A stretch of 64,000 bases of DNA, taken from an uncultured Ruminococcus sp. Its GTDB lineage: Bacteria > Bacillota > Clostridia > Oscillospirales > Ruminococcaceae. The notes beneath the pieces were generated by a model that saw only the letters and a program-made list of their open reading frames with translations, made no database searches and was not told the origin of the DNA. Below, piece after piece: positions 10,267 to 19,319 of this stretch (positions are counted from its first letter, which is position 1; each line of letters starts with the position of its first letter). Location of the stretch: contig CAZLBL010000001.1 of the NCBI GenBank assembly GCA_964557825.1, positions 3 to 64,002 of the forward strand, written 5' to 3'. A program made the translations under genes and the position numbers.

Positions 10267-10938
10267 ATGAATTTCAGTGATATTTTCAAATCCAGCTTTC
10301 TGGATAACATAACCGGAGTAAACATACTTGATATGGCAATCGCCCTTGTACTGGCGTTTGCACTGGGACTTTTCATCTTTCTTATATACAAGAAAACCTA
10401 CAACGGCGTGATGTATTCATCAAGCTTCGGCGTTACCCTTATCGCGCTTACAATGATAACAACTGTTGTTATACTCGCCGTTACAAGCAACGTAGTGCTT
10501 TCGCTTGGTATGGTCGGCGCGCTTTCAATCGTCCGTTTCCGCACCGCGATTAAAGAGCCGCTGGATATTGCGTTTCTGTTCTGGTCAATTGGCGCGGGCA
10601 TTGTGCTTGCGGCGGGCATGATTCCGCTTGCGGTTATCGGCAGCGTGATTATCGGCGTGGTTCTGCTTGTGTTTGTAAACAGAAAGTCGCATACCAACCC
10701 TTATATTGTCGTTGTGCGCTGCGCCGACCATGAAGCCGAGGTAAAGGCTACGGACTTCCTTAAAGCCAGCACGGAGCGCTGCGTTGTAAAGAGCAAATCC
10801 GCGCAGAAGGGCGAAATAGAACTTAACATGGAAATCCGCCTTAAGGACGACAATACGGATTTTGTAAACGCCCTTGCAGATATCAGCGGCGTGCATAGAG
10901 CGGTGCTTGTAAGCTATAACGGCGATTATATGGGTTAA
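10267..10938 (+). CDS. DUF4956 membrane protein
   Basis: SLGMVGALSIVRFRTAIKEPLD motif; TM segments plus C-terminal soluble domain. Confidence 0.88.
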   Translation: MNFSDIFKSSFLDNITGVNILDMAIALVLAFALGLFIFLIYKKTYNGVMYSSSFGVTLIALTMITTVVILAVTSNVVLSLGMVGALSIVRFRTAIKEPLDIAFLFWSIGAGIVLAAGMIPLAVIGSVIIGVVLLVFVNRKSHTNPYIVVVRCADHEAEVKATDFLKASTERCVVKSKSAQKGEIELNMEIRLKDDNTDFVNALADISGVHRAVLVSYNGDYMG

Positions 10939-10947
10939 GGAGCGGGT

Positions 10948-13119
10948 ATGTCAACACATAAGTATATCGACCGCGTCTGCGTTATTGCCGTGGTTATCGC
11001 GGTTGTACTTTCCGCGCTGCTTATGAACGCGGAAGCGCTGGGCGTTTCGCACATGGAAAGCGTTATGGGCTACGAAACGCGGCTTTTCGATACCGACAGG
11101 GTTCACACCATTGACATAGTAATGAACGATTGGGACAGCTTTATCGGCACTGCCGAAAGCGAGGAATATTCCATGTGCGCCGTTGTGATAGACGGCGAAG
11201 CCTGCAAGAACGTTGCTATAAGAGGAAAAGGCAACACCTCTCTTAGCACGGTTGCGTCAATGGACAGCGAGAGATACAGCTTCAAAATAGAGTTTGACCA
11301 CTATGACAGCAACAAAAGCTATTACGGCTTGGACAAGCTTAGCCTTAACAATATCATTCAGGACAACACCTATATGAAAGACTACCTCACCTATCGCATG
11401 ATGAATGAGTTCGGCGTAAACGCTCCGCTTTGCAGCTTTGTGTACATCACGGTAAACGGCGAGGACTGGGGGCTTTATCTTGCGGTTGAGGGCGTAGAGG
11501 ACGGCTTTTTGCAGCGTAACTACGGCAGCGGTCACGGCGAGCTTTACAAGCCCGACAGCCTTAGCTTCGGCGGCGGCAGAGGAAACGGAATGGATTTCAA
11601 AATGGACGATTTTATGGGAAGTTCCGACAGCGGCGATAGCGGCTTTGCTGACAATGGCAAGCTTGACCTCAGCGCAATTTCCAACCTGCTGCCGGACGGG
11701 CTTGAAATTCCAGAGGATTTCAACCTTTCCGATATAATAAACGGTGATTTTGATTTCTCCACTATAAAGGACAGCGGCTTTGAAATGCCCGATATGGGCA
11801 GCAATGATGTAAAGCTGAAATACACCGATGACAGTTATGACAGCTATTCCAATATCTTTGACAACGCAAAAACGGATATTTCCGACAGCGACAAGGACAG
11901 ACTTATTTCCTCGCTTAAATCGCTGAGCAGCTATGAAAATCTTGAAGATGTTCTTGATATAGAGCAGGTGATACGCTACTTTGTGGTTCACAATTTTGTC
12001 TGCAACGGCGACAGCTATACAGGCTCCATGATACACAACTATTATCTGTATGAGGAGGACGGCAGACTTGCCATGATTCCGTGGGATTATAACCTTGCAT
12101 ACGGAACATTTCAGGGCGGCAATGCGCAAAGTGAGGTAAATTCGCCGATTGATACGCCTGTTTCGGGTGATATAAGCGACCGCCCCATGGTGGGCTGGAT
12201 TTTCAGCAGCGAGGAATATACAAGCCTGTATCATCAGTATTTTGCAGATTTTCTTTCAAGCGTGGATATAACGGGAATTATAGACGACGCGGCGGCGCTT
12301 ATTGCCGAGTATGTTGAGAAAGACCCGACCAAATTCTGCACCTATGAGGAGTTTGAAAAGGGTGTAAGCACCTTAAAAAGCTTCTGCACGCTGCGCGCCG
12401 AAAGCGTAAGCGGACAGCTTAACGGAACAATTCCCTCCACAACGGACGGACAGAATGCCGACAGTTCCGCGCTTGTTGACGCTTCCGCGATAACTCTTTC
12501 CGACATGGGCACTATGAATAACGGCGGCGGAATGGGCAATGGCGGTGACGGCGGAATGAATTTCGGCGGCAGGGATTTTGACGGAACTGGCAGAGTCGAA
12601 AAATCAAGTGAAACGTTTTCCGCTAATCAAGCCGCTTCCGATAGTGGTAATATGCCTGCTATGGGCGGAAATATGCCGCAGGGCGGCGGAATGCAGCCGC
12701 CCGATGGCTTTAACGGTGAGATGGGTGGAATGCCCGACTTTGGCAATATGCAGCCGCCATCGGATATAGGCGATAATTCCGATATGCCCACTCCGCCCGA
12801 TGTCAATGAACCCTCAGCAAACGAAGGTGAGAGCGGAAATTCCGAAACGCCAACTCCGTCAGACGAAAACGGGCAATCCTCAAACGAGGGCGAAAATGAA
12901 AATTCCGATATGCCCACTCCACCAAATGGAAACAGACAATTCCCAAGCGGCGGCAATAACGAAAACCGCTTTGAAAAGCCGTCTGACGACAACGGCGCAG
13001 GTCGCGATTTTGGGAATATGCAGGCTGAGGAGAACAGCGCCGAGCCGCTTATTCTTATGGGCGCTTCGGTGTTAGTTCTTGCGGCAGGCTTGCTGTTTGC
13101 GTTCAAATTCAGAAAATAA
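10948..13119 (+). CDS. CotH kinase-family protein, membrane anchored at both ends
   Basis: RGKGNTS, SFKIEF, LDKLSLNN, GLYLAVE, NGDSY, HNYYLY, IPWDYNLAYG; N-terminal TM; low-complexity linker; C-terminal TM plus KFRK. Confidence 0.88.
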   Translation: MSTHKYIDRVCVIAVVIAVVLSALLMNAEALGVSHMESVMGYETRLFDTDRVHTIDIVMNDWDSFIGTAESEEYSMCAVVIDGEACKNVAIRGKGNTSLSTVASMDSERYSFKIEFDHYDSNKSYYGLDKLSLNNIIQDNTYMKDYLTYRMMNEFGVNAPLCSFVYITVNGEDWGLYLAVEGVEDGFLQRNYGSGHGELYKPDSLSFGGGRGNGMDFKMDDFMGSSDSGDSGFADNGKLDLSAISNLLPDGLEIPEDFNLSDIINGDFDFSTIKDSGFEMPDMGSNDVKLKYTDDSYDSYSNIFDNAKTDISDSDKDRLISSLKSLSSYENLEDVLDIEQVIRYFVVHNFVCNGDSYTGSMIHNYYLYEEDGRLAMIPWDYNLAYGTFQGGNAQSEVNSPIDTPVSGDISDRPMVGWIFSSEEYTSLYHQYFADFLSSVDITGIIDDAAALIAEYVEKDPTKFCTYEEFEKGVSTLKSFCTLRAESVSGQLNGTIPSTTDGQNADSSALVDASAITLSDMGTMNNGGGMGNGGDGGMNFGGRDFDGTGRVEKSSETFSANQAASDSGNMPAMGGNMPQGGGMQPPDGFNGEMGGMPDFGNMQPPSDIGDNSDMPTPPDVNEPSANEGESGNSETPTPSDENGQSSNEGENENSDMPTPPNGNRQFPSGGNNENRFEKPSDDNGAGRDFGNMQAEENSAEPLILMGASVLVLAAGLLFAFKFRK
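12775..12924 (+). repeat. 63-bp (21 aa) tandem repeat in the CotH linker
   Basis: AATTCCGA(T/A)A(T/C)GCC(C/A)ACTCC at 12775, 12838, 12901 (NSDMPTPP / NSETPTPS / NSDMPTPP). Confidence 0.8.
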
Positions 13120-13125
13120 ATAAAC

Positions 13126-13156
13126 AACGTCCCGTCATGCAAGGCGGGGCGTTTTC
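13126..13156 (+). terminator. Terminator after cotH-like gene
   Basis: AACGTCCCGTC ... GGCGGGGCGTTTT. Confidence 0.7.
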
Positions 13157-13322
13157 TGTAGCGGTGATTTTTGCCAAATAGCGGCGAGGTTTTTGTGGAA
13201 TAAGCAGAATTTTATGTTTCCGACAAAAATTGCTTGACACAGGGGGGCGTTTTATGGCAAAATAATAGCAAGCTAGCTGTTTGGCTGTCGGAAAATAATT
13301 TTTATTTTTAGGAGGACACCAA

Positions 13323-13928
13323 ATGAAAAAGCGTACAAAATTAGCACTACTCGTTACCTCGACCATACTCGCGGCAACAATTCCATTCGGCGCTGTAAGT
13401 GCCGAAAACAACGAAACTCTTGATAGCAGAAATTCATCAGCAATACAAATGCTACATCGACAGTATCCAAATGGTTCGTATTACTCCACCACTGGAAGTG
13501 CTTGCACTTGCAATTCATGGTGTGAACCATACAGTAATTGCACTTGCATAAAATTCGATAATGCTTCACAGTGTGATGGCTTTGCAAGGTACTGCTACTA
13601 CTGTTATAACGATGAGCATGTTGATTACTATGACTATGATTATTCTGGTTCAACTGTCACACTAACCGCAGACAATCTCTATAGTTATTTACAAGCAATT
13701 GGCAATTGTGCTTATATCAGAGGATACACATTAAGTGGTTCTATACACAGCGTGTTTGTTGTAAGTTATTCCGATGAAGATGTTACCGTATATCAGGCAA
13801 ACTATGGGGCAAGATGCCTTGTAAAATATGAAACTGTACCATACAGTAGTTTTTTAAATTACATGGGACAAATATCTTGGTGTGTTACCAATGACGGAAC
13901 ATTCATGAGCGATCCCGACATCATCTGA
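13323..13928 (+). CDS. Secreted Cys-rich protein with CHAP/NlpC-P60-like papain-fold motifs
   Basis: Signal peptide; SQCDGFA (Cys), HSVFV (His), VTVYQANY; AT-rich relative to neighbours. Confidence 0.6.
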   Translation: MKKRTKLALLVTSTILAATIPFGAVSAENNETLDSRNSSAIQMLHRQYPNGSYYSTTGSACTCNSWCEPYSNCTCIKFDNASQCDGFARYCYYCYNDEHVDYYDYDYSGSTVTLTADNLYSYLQAIGNCAYIRGYTLSGSIHSVFVVSYSDEDVTVYQANYGARCLVKYETVPYSSFLNYMGQISWCVTNDGTFMSDPDII

Positions 13929-13942
13929 AAGGAGGATAAAAC

Positions 13943-14797
13943 ATGAAACACAAAATCTGCCTTGCCGCATTATTATCTCTGGCTATGCTTTCCACAGGCT
14001 GCCAAAACAGCGAAACATCATCAGCGGCAAACTCGGATAATTCATCTTCCGAAACAACCTCGCATACCCATATAACCGAGGACAGCGCTGTTTCCCCCGA
14101 CAGCACCCCGTCCAATACGGATACCGAAAATTTAACCTTTACGGGCGAACTTGGAGAAACCTTGTGCCTTGCTGACGCAGCGCCCACTAATCCCATTTCA
14201 TACGGCGATAATCTGTATCGGTTTGAGGGCTGGACATATATGAGCTTAAGTGATGGAGTGGTGTGGAACTCTGTGGCAAACAGCGATATTGACTATGAGG
14301 GAAGCTTTGATTTCCCTGCGCAGAAAGTAACTCTTTTCAAGGCTGAAAACGGCTCTGCCGCTGGCGGTCTTACGCTGGAAAACGCATACGCAGATTTTCA
14401 GGTCAGCAGCGACAATATCTTTTTGAAGCGTGTTCACGCAGAGTATTCGGGGCAGATAACGCTTAAGGGATATCTGTATACATTCCCCGAAGCAAGCGAT
14501 TACATGGAAAAGGGCGATATCTTCTTCCTTGCAGACAACGGAGAATGGAACGGTTTGCCGTATTTTAATCTGGATTATAACCATAACCGTTGGTGGACAG
14601 AAAAAGATTTCCACTGGGTGGCAAACGCGCCCTTTTTAAGACTTGGCAATATAGAGGATTATGACTTTGACCTTGGCTTTATTAAGACAGACGGCGAGGT
14701 TGTACACGCAAGCGTTGTTCTGGACGGTCTTGATATAACCGATGGGCAGGTTACAAAAATTTATAAATCCACACTGGTTGAAGCGGAAGCTATATAA
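13943..14797 (+). CDS. Lipoprotein of unknown function
   Basis: Lipobox LSTGC, Ser/Thr-rich linker, GGAGG SD. Confidence 0.75.
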   Translation: MKHKICLAALLSLAMLSTGCQNSETSSAANSDNSSSETTSHTHITEDSAVSPDSTPSNTDTENLTFTGELGETLCLADAAPTNPISYGDNLYRFEGWTYMSLSDGVVWNSVANSDIDYEGSFDFPAQKVTLFKAENGSAAGGLTLENAYADFQVSSDNIFLKRVHAEYSGQITLKGYLYTFPEASDYMEKGDIFFLADNGEWNGLPYFNLDYNHNRWWTEKDFHWVANAPFLRLGNIEDYDFDLGFIKTDGEVVHASVVLDGLDITDGQVTKIYKSTLVEAEAI

Positions 14798-14806
14798 CAT
14801 AATATC

Positions 14807-14901
14807 TAGGGAAACGCTGATTAAATCAAATTCGCCCCGTTCAAACGAGCATACTCACGCGGCTGAATTTGATACGCTGCGCTTTAATCAGCGTGTCCCT
14901 A
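14807..14901. mobile_element. MITE/REP-like 95-bp palindromic element
   Basis: 19-bp terminal inverted repeat with 1 mismatch (TAGGGAAACGCTGATTAAA / TTTAATCAGCGTGTCCCTA), TA at both ends, inner 8-bp inverted repeat, no coding capacity. Confidence 0.5.
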
Positions 14902-14925
14902 AATCCCCTCGTTTGAGGGGATTTA
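14900..14925 (+). terminator. Terminator hairpin after lipoprotein gene
   Basis: Perfect 11-bp stem TAAATCCCCTC-gttt-GAGGGGATTTA. Confidence 0.75.
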
Positions 14926-14934
14926 TTTATGCTC

Positions 14935-14963
14935 TTGTATTTATCGCAAAAATGGTGTATAAT
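14935..14963 (+). promoter_or_regulatory. Promoter of GH26 gene
   Basis: TTGTAT, 17 bp spacer, TATAAT. Confidence 0.65.
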
Positions 14964-14999
14964 GGTCTTATCCAAATAAAACAGGAAAGGAATATCCAC

Positions 15000-16376
15000 A
15001 TGAAAAAAATTATATCCGCTGTTCTGGCGGCGGCTATGCTGTTATCCCTTGCGGGCTGTGCAGGCTCGGCTAACGGCAGCTCTGCAAGCACTGACAACTC
15101 CTCTGCCGCAGATGTTACCGAAAGCGACAGCACCGTACAGGAAGACGCAAAGCACTCCAACCCCGTTAAAATGACCGAGGACGGCGATATTGACATGACG
15201 GTGGCGCTTCAGTACCAAACTGATTTTGACGCGCTGATTGAGCAGTTCAACGCAAAGGAAGTCGACCCCTCAAAGCCTGTTTCCGAAAACTCCAACGAAA
15301 GCACGCTGAGCGTATTTAACTATCTGCGCAGCATTTACGGCAAGCAGATTATGTCCTCACAGGAAATGATGAGTACAAAATGCTATGAGGACCTTGTTTA
15401 CTACAACGCAACCAACGACCTGCCCGCAATGAAAGGCTTTGATTTTATATTCTGCGTAGGTTCTTCCATAGGCGACAGTCTGGTTGACGAAGCTATCGAA
15501 TGGCACAAGGAAAGCGGCGGTCTGGTAAACTTTACATGGCACTGGAATGTTCCGCGCAATATTGACGACCCCGACAGCTCTGGAGCATTCTATGCTGACG
15601 AAATCACAAATTTCAGCGCGCTTAACGCGGTTACTCCCGGCACAAAGGAATATGAACAGGTTATCCATGATATAGACCTTGTGGCATATCATATACAGCG
15701 CATGGAAAGCGAGGGAATGACAATACTGTTCCGCCCGCTGCATGAAGCAAGCGGAAACTGGTTCTGGTGGGGTGTATCTGATAAGGATTATATCAACAAC
15801 GAGATATTCCAGAAGCTGTGGTATATGATATACGACCGCATGGAGAACTACCACAAGCTCACCAATATTATTTGGGTGTGGAACGGACAATCCAAATTCT
15901 GTGCGGTTCACCCCAATTCCTTTGATATCGCGGGTATAGATTATTACGCTAGCACGGAAACTCATGATTCCTGCAAGTCGCAGTTTGCAAGCGTAGAAAA
16001 CTATATTGAAGCCTGCTACACCAAGTATCTCGGCGAGGATTATAAGCTTGACGAGGATAAATACAGCGGCAAGATGATTGCACTGACAGAGTGCGGATAT
16101 ATCCCCGACCCCGCACAATGTGCCGCAGATGACTGTATGTGGCTTTTCTATATGATATGGTACGGCGATTTTGTATATGAAGCAAGCGGCGGTTCTGCAA
16201 TAGTAAGCATCGACGGAACGCCCCGCCCAAATCCCGAGCGTATGACCAATGAAATGCTTGTGGAATATTTCGGAAATGATATCATGATTACCTACCGCGA
16301 CCTGCCCGAAGAATATATCGGCGGAAAGGATATCCCCTCCGCAATAAAAACGTGGGAATATTTCAAGATGAATTAA
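15000..16376 (+). CDS. GH26 beta-mannanase-family lipoprotein
   Basis: FRPLHEASGNWFWWG (acid/base Glu), IALTECG (nucleophile Glu), lipobox LAGC; true start ATG 15000. Confidence 0.88.
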   Translation: MKKIISAVLAAAMLLSLAGCAGSANGSSASTDNSSAADVTESDSTVQEDAKHSNPVKMTEDGDIDMTVALQYQTDFDALIEQFNAKEVDPSKPVSENSNESTLSVFNYLRSIYGKQIMSSQEMMSTKCYEDLVYYNATNDLPAMKGFDFIFCVGSSIGDSLVDEAIEWHKESGGLVNFTWHWNVPRNIDDPDSSGAFYADEITNFSALNAVTPGTKEYEQVIHDIDLVAYHIQRMESEGMTILFRPLHEASGNWFWWGVSDKDYINNEIFQKLWYMIYDRMENYHKLTNIIWVWNGQSKFCAVHPNSFDIAGIDYYASTETHDSCKSQFASVENYIEACYTKYLGEDYKLDEDKYSGKMIALTECGYIPDPAQCAADDCMWLFYMIWYGDFVYEASGGSAIVSIDGTPRPNPERMTNEMLVEYFGNDIMITYRDLPEEYIGGKDIPSAIKTWEYFKMN

Positions 16377-16383
16377 CGGCTGC

Positions 16384-16413
16384 TGCGCCCCTAAAATTTA
16401 GGGGCGCATTTTT
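16384..16413 (+). terminator. Terminator after GH26 gene
   Basis: TGCGCCCCTAA-aat-TTAGGGGCGCA followed by T-run. Confidence 0.8.
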
Positions 16414-16503
16414 GTGTAATATAACAAAATTATTAGTACATCTTGACTAAATAGTGCAGAAATGATAAAATGTAGTAGAGGTTTACAAACGGAGGTAAAA
16501 AAT

Positions 16504-16866
16504 ATGCTTAACCATGAAATATGCGCTGAGTTGTCATCGGCAGGTCTGAACTGCTCCGAAATGATACATAAATTTATGGACAGCGAAGAAATGTTTTTGA
16601 AATATTTCAAAAAATTCTTTGAGTCCGCAGACAGCGTTGTGGAGGAGCTTGCCGCTGCCGTAAAGGCAGGCGACATTCCCGCTATAGAAAACCGCGCACA
16701 CGCGCTTAAGGGTCTTTCCGGAAACATAGGACTTTATGGTGTGTATGACCCTGCAAGAAATATCGTTGACGAGGTTCGCACAGGAAATCTGGGCGGCTAT
16801 AAATGGCACTTTGAAAAGCTGCTGCCCGCGTACCAGAAAGCAAAATCCGTTGCAGAGAAGCTTTAA
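16504..16866 (+). CDS. Stand-alone Hpt (histidine phosphotransfer) protein
   Basis: RAHALKGLSGNIG motif; GGAGG SD before ATG 16504. Confidence 0.88.
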   Translation: MLNHEICAELSSAGLNCSEMIHKFMDSEEMFLKYFKKFFESADSVVEELAAAVKAGDIPAIENRAHALKGLSGNIGLYGVYDPARNIVDEVRTGNLGGYKWHFEKLLPAYQKAKSVAEKL

Positions 16867-16955
16867 TTCAATAACCGACCTTTGGATTTACGCGCACCAT
16901 GCGCATAATAATTCAGTATAGGCTTTGTCAAAACAGAAAGAGAGGTAATTAAATC

Positions 16956-18518
16956 ATGCCGGAAAATTTTACAGGAATTATCATTCCCGCTGTCATCATC
17001 ATTGTGGTAATAATATTCATGTTCACCGCGGGCTACCGCAAGGCGCCGCCCGATAAGGCGTACATTATAAGCGGTCTGCGCAAAAAGGCGAAAATCGCCG
17101 TAGGAAAGGCAACCGTAAAGCTGCCGTTTTTTGAGCGCTGCGATGTTCTGGAGCTTGCCCTGATGTCGGTTGACGTTAAAACCGCACAGGCCGTTCCAAC
17201 TGCCGACTACATCAATATTATGGTTGACGCCAACGTAAATGTTAAAATCTCCCCCAACCCCGAGATTATCGCGCGCGCACAGCAGAACTTCCTCAACAAG
17301 AATGTTGACTACATAACCAAGGTGGCAAGAGAGGTTCTGGAGGGCAATATGCGTGAGATTGTCGGTCAGATGCGCCTTGAGGAAATGGTTTCCAACCGAC
17401 AGGCATTTGCCGATAAGGTTAAGCAGAACGCCGACCCCGACCTGCAGGCTATGGGTCTTGAAATAGTATCGTTCAATGTGCAGAATTTTGTTGACGATAA
17501 CGGAATTATCAACGATATGGGTATCGACAACACCATGCAGATAAAGAAAAAAGCGGCTATTTCCAAGGCTGAAGCGGAGAGAGATATCAAGATTGCACAG
17601 GCAGAGGCTAACCGCAAGGCAAACGACGCCCGCGTTGACAGCGAAACCGCAATTGCCGAGCGCGAGAACGAGCTTGCAATAAAACAGGCAGAGCTTAAGC
17701 GCGCAGCCGATATCAAGCAGGCTGAGGCAGACGCTGCATACACCATTCAGCAGGAGGAGCAGCGTAAGACAATAGAAATCACCAGCGCCAACGCAAATCT
17801 TGCCCGCCAGGAGCGCGAGGTTGAAATAAAGGCAAAGGAAGCCGAAATCAAGGAGCGTGCGCTTGAAGCCGAGGTTAAAAAAACCGCCGAGGCAAATAAG
17901 TACGCCGCTCAGCAGAAAGCAGACGCAGAGCTGTATACAATACAGCGTAACGCGGAGGCTAAGAAATATGAGGATATTCAGAACGCGGAAGCAGAGCTTG
18001 AAATCAAAAAGAATGAGGCTGCCGCTATCCTTGTAACCGCACAGAACGAAGCTGCCGCAGAAAAGGCAAAGGCAGAGGCAGCGCGCTTCGCCGCCGAGCA
18101 GGAGGCAGAGGGTATCCGCGCAAGAGGTCTTGCAGAGGCAGAAGCAGTCCGCGCAAAGGCGCTGGCTGAAGCCGAAGGTCTTGACAAAAAGGCAGAAGCC
18201 ATGAAAAAGATGGAAGAAGCCGCTGTGCTTCAGATGTACTTTGAGCAGATGCCCGCAGTTGCACAGGCAATTGCAAAGCCGCTTGAAAATGTTGACAGCA
18301 TAACCATGTACGGCGACGGCAACACCTCAAAGCTTGTCAAGGATATAACCGAAGCAACCACACAGGCGTCCGCAGGCTTGCTTGACGGTTTGGGTATTGA
18401 CCTTAAAACCATGATAAGCAGCTTTGTTACAGGAAAGGCTATGGCAGCAGGAATTAACACCGAAGCACACACAGCACAGCCTGTTTCAGAAATTGAGAAC
18501 GAAACGGTAACGCAGTAA
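16956..18518 (+). CDS. Flotillin-like SPFH/band-7 protein
   Basis: N-terminal TM, LEGNMREIVGQM SPFH core, long EA-rich coiled coil. Confidence 0.93.
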   Translation: MPENFTGIIIPAVIIIVVIIFMFTAGYRKAPPDKAYIISGLRKKAKIAVGKATVKLPFFERCDVLELALMSVDVKTAQAVPTADYINIMVDANVNVKISPNPEIIARAQQNFLNKNVDYITKVAREVLEGNMREIVGQMRLEEMVSNRQAFADKVKQNADPDLQAMGLEIVSFNVQNFVDDNGIINDMGIDNTMQIKKKAAISKAEAERDIKIAQAEANRKANDARVDSETAIAERENELAIKQAELKRAADIKQAEADAAYTIQQEEQRKTIEITSANANLARQEREVEIKAKEAEIKERALEAEVKKTAEANKYAAQQKADAELYTIQRNAEAKKYEDIQNAEAELEIKKNEAAAILVTAQNEAAAEKAKAEAARFAAEQEAEGIRARGLAEAEAVRAKALAEAEGLDKKAEAMKKMEEAAVLQMYFEQMPAVAQAIAKPLENVDSITMYGDGNTSKLVKDITEATTQASAGLLDGLGIDLKTMISSFVTGKAMAAGINTEAHTAQPVSEIENETVTQ

Positions 18519-18526
18519 TAAATACC

Positions 18527-18563
18527 AATCCCCCGATGCACTCACAGCTTCGGGGGATTTTTC
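18527..18563 (+). terminator. Terminator after flotillin gene
   Basis: AATCCCCCGA ... TCGGGGGATTTTT. Confidence 0.75.
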
Positions 18564-18634
18564 TGCCAGCCGCTTCAGTTCAAGGATACTAAAATCTCTG
18601 AAACGGTCTTTTGGATTTCTTGCCATAAACAGCC

Positions 18635-18662
18635 AAAAGTCCCGCCGAATATCGGCGGGACT
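18635..18662 (-). terminator. Terminator of the minus-strand alaS...lipoprotein gene run
   Basis: AGTCCCGCCGA-ata-TCGGCGGGACT with A-run on the + side. Confidence 0.75.
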
Positions 18663-18683
18663 ACGCTTGCAACAAAATAAAAA

Positions 18684-19319
18684 TCACGGATAAGCCTTTA
18701 TCATCTCAAAGGTCTGTGCTGCCGCTTCGCGGTCGGTCTGCTGCGGCAATCCAACCTGAATACAATAGATGTCATCGCCGCTTTCAAACATAAACTCGAT
18801 ATAGCCTATAACAAACTGCGGCTCTTCGCCATCTGTGGGAGCAGTAGTCACCTCGAAAAAGGAAACCCAGCCGTCCTTGCCGCCGTAGGAAGCCTCGCTC
18901 AGCGAGGTGTTTTCAGTGGTACGGTAGCCGCTTGCATAATATTCAAATATCGTTGTATCGTGAACCTGACGCGCGTAATCCTCAAGCGTTGTGCGCTCGG
19001 TATCCTCATCGGGCGTCATATCCTGCGCGCTTATAACTATGATATCGCTGCCATCGGTTGCATGAACCAGATAGCTTATGCCGTTTTCCTCATACTCTGC
19101 TTTAATCTCCTCGGCAGTCGTGTTGTACGAAAGAGCGCCGCCAAGGGTTCGGTAGATTTCATCACCGGTTATTACAGTGTAGTTATCGGGAAATTCTATC
19201 GCAATCCCCGCCGCGGGAATTGCCGCAGTGCTTCCGTCAAGCGTAACCTCCGTAGCGTCTGAGCAGCCGGAAAGCAGCATTGCGCCGCACATTGCGATTA
19301 AAAAAACAGCCTTTTTCAT
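18684..19319 (-). CDS. Lipoprotein of unknown function (PsbP/DcrB-like fold possible)
   Basis: Lipobox LSGC; acidic alpha/beta domain; 4-bp overlap with upstream gene. Confidence 0.7.
   Translation of the reverse strand: MKKAVFLIAMCGAMLLSGCSDATEVTLDGSTAAIPAAGIAIEFPDNYTVITGDEIYRTLGGALSYNTTAEEIKAEYEENGISYLVHATDGSDIIVISAQDMTPDEDTERTTLEDYARQVHDTTIFEYYASGYRTTENTSLSEASYGGKDGWVSFFEVTTAPTDGEEPQFVIGYIEFMFESGDDIYCIQVGLPQQTDREAAAQTFEMIKAYP

Noticed and set aside
14742-14999. 86-aa N-terminal extension of the GH26 ORF
   Set aside because: Runs through the MITE-like element, terminator and promoter; the lipoprotein signal begins at ATG 15000
18564-18634. Weak inverted repeat CCGCTTCAG/CTGAAACGG between two terminators
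   Set aside because: Short and imperfect; cannot be distinguished from chance
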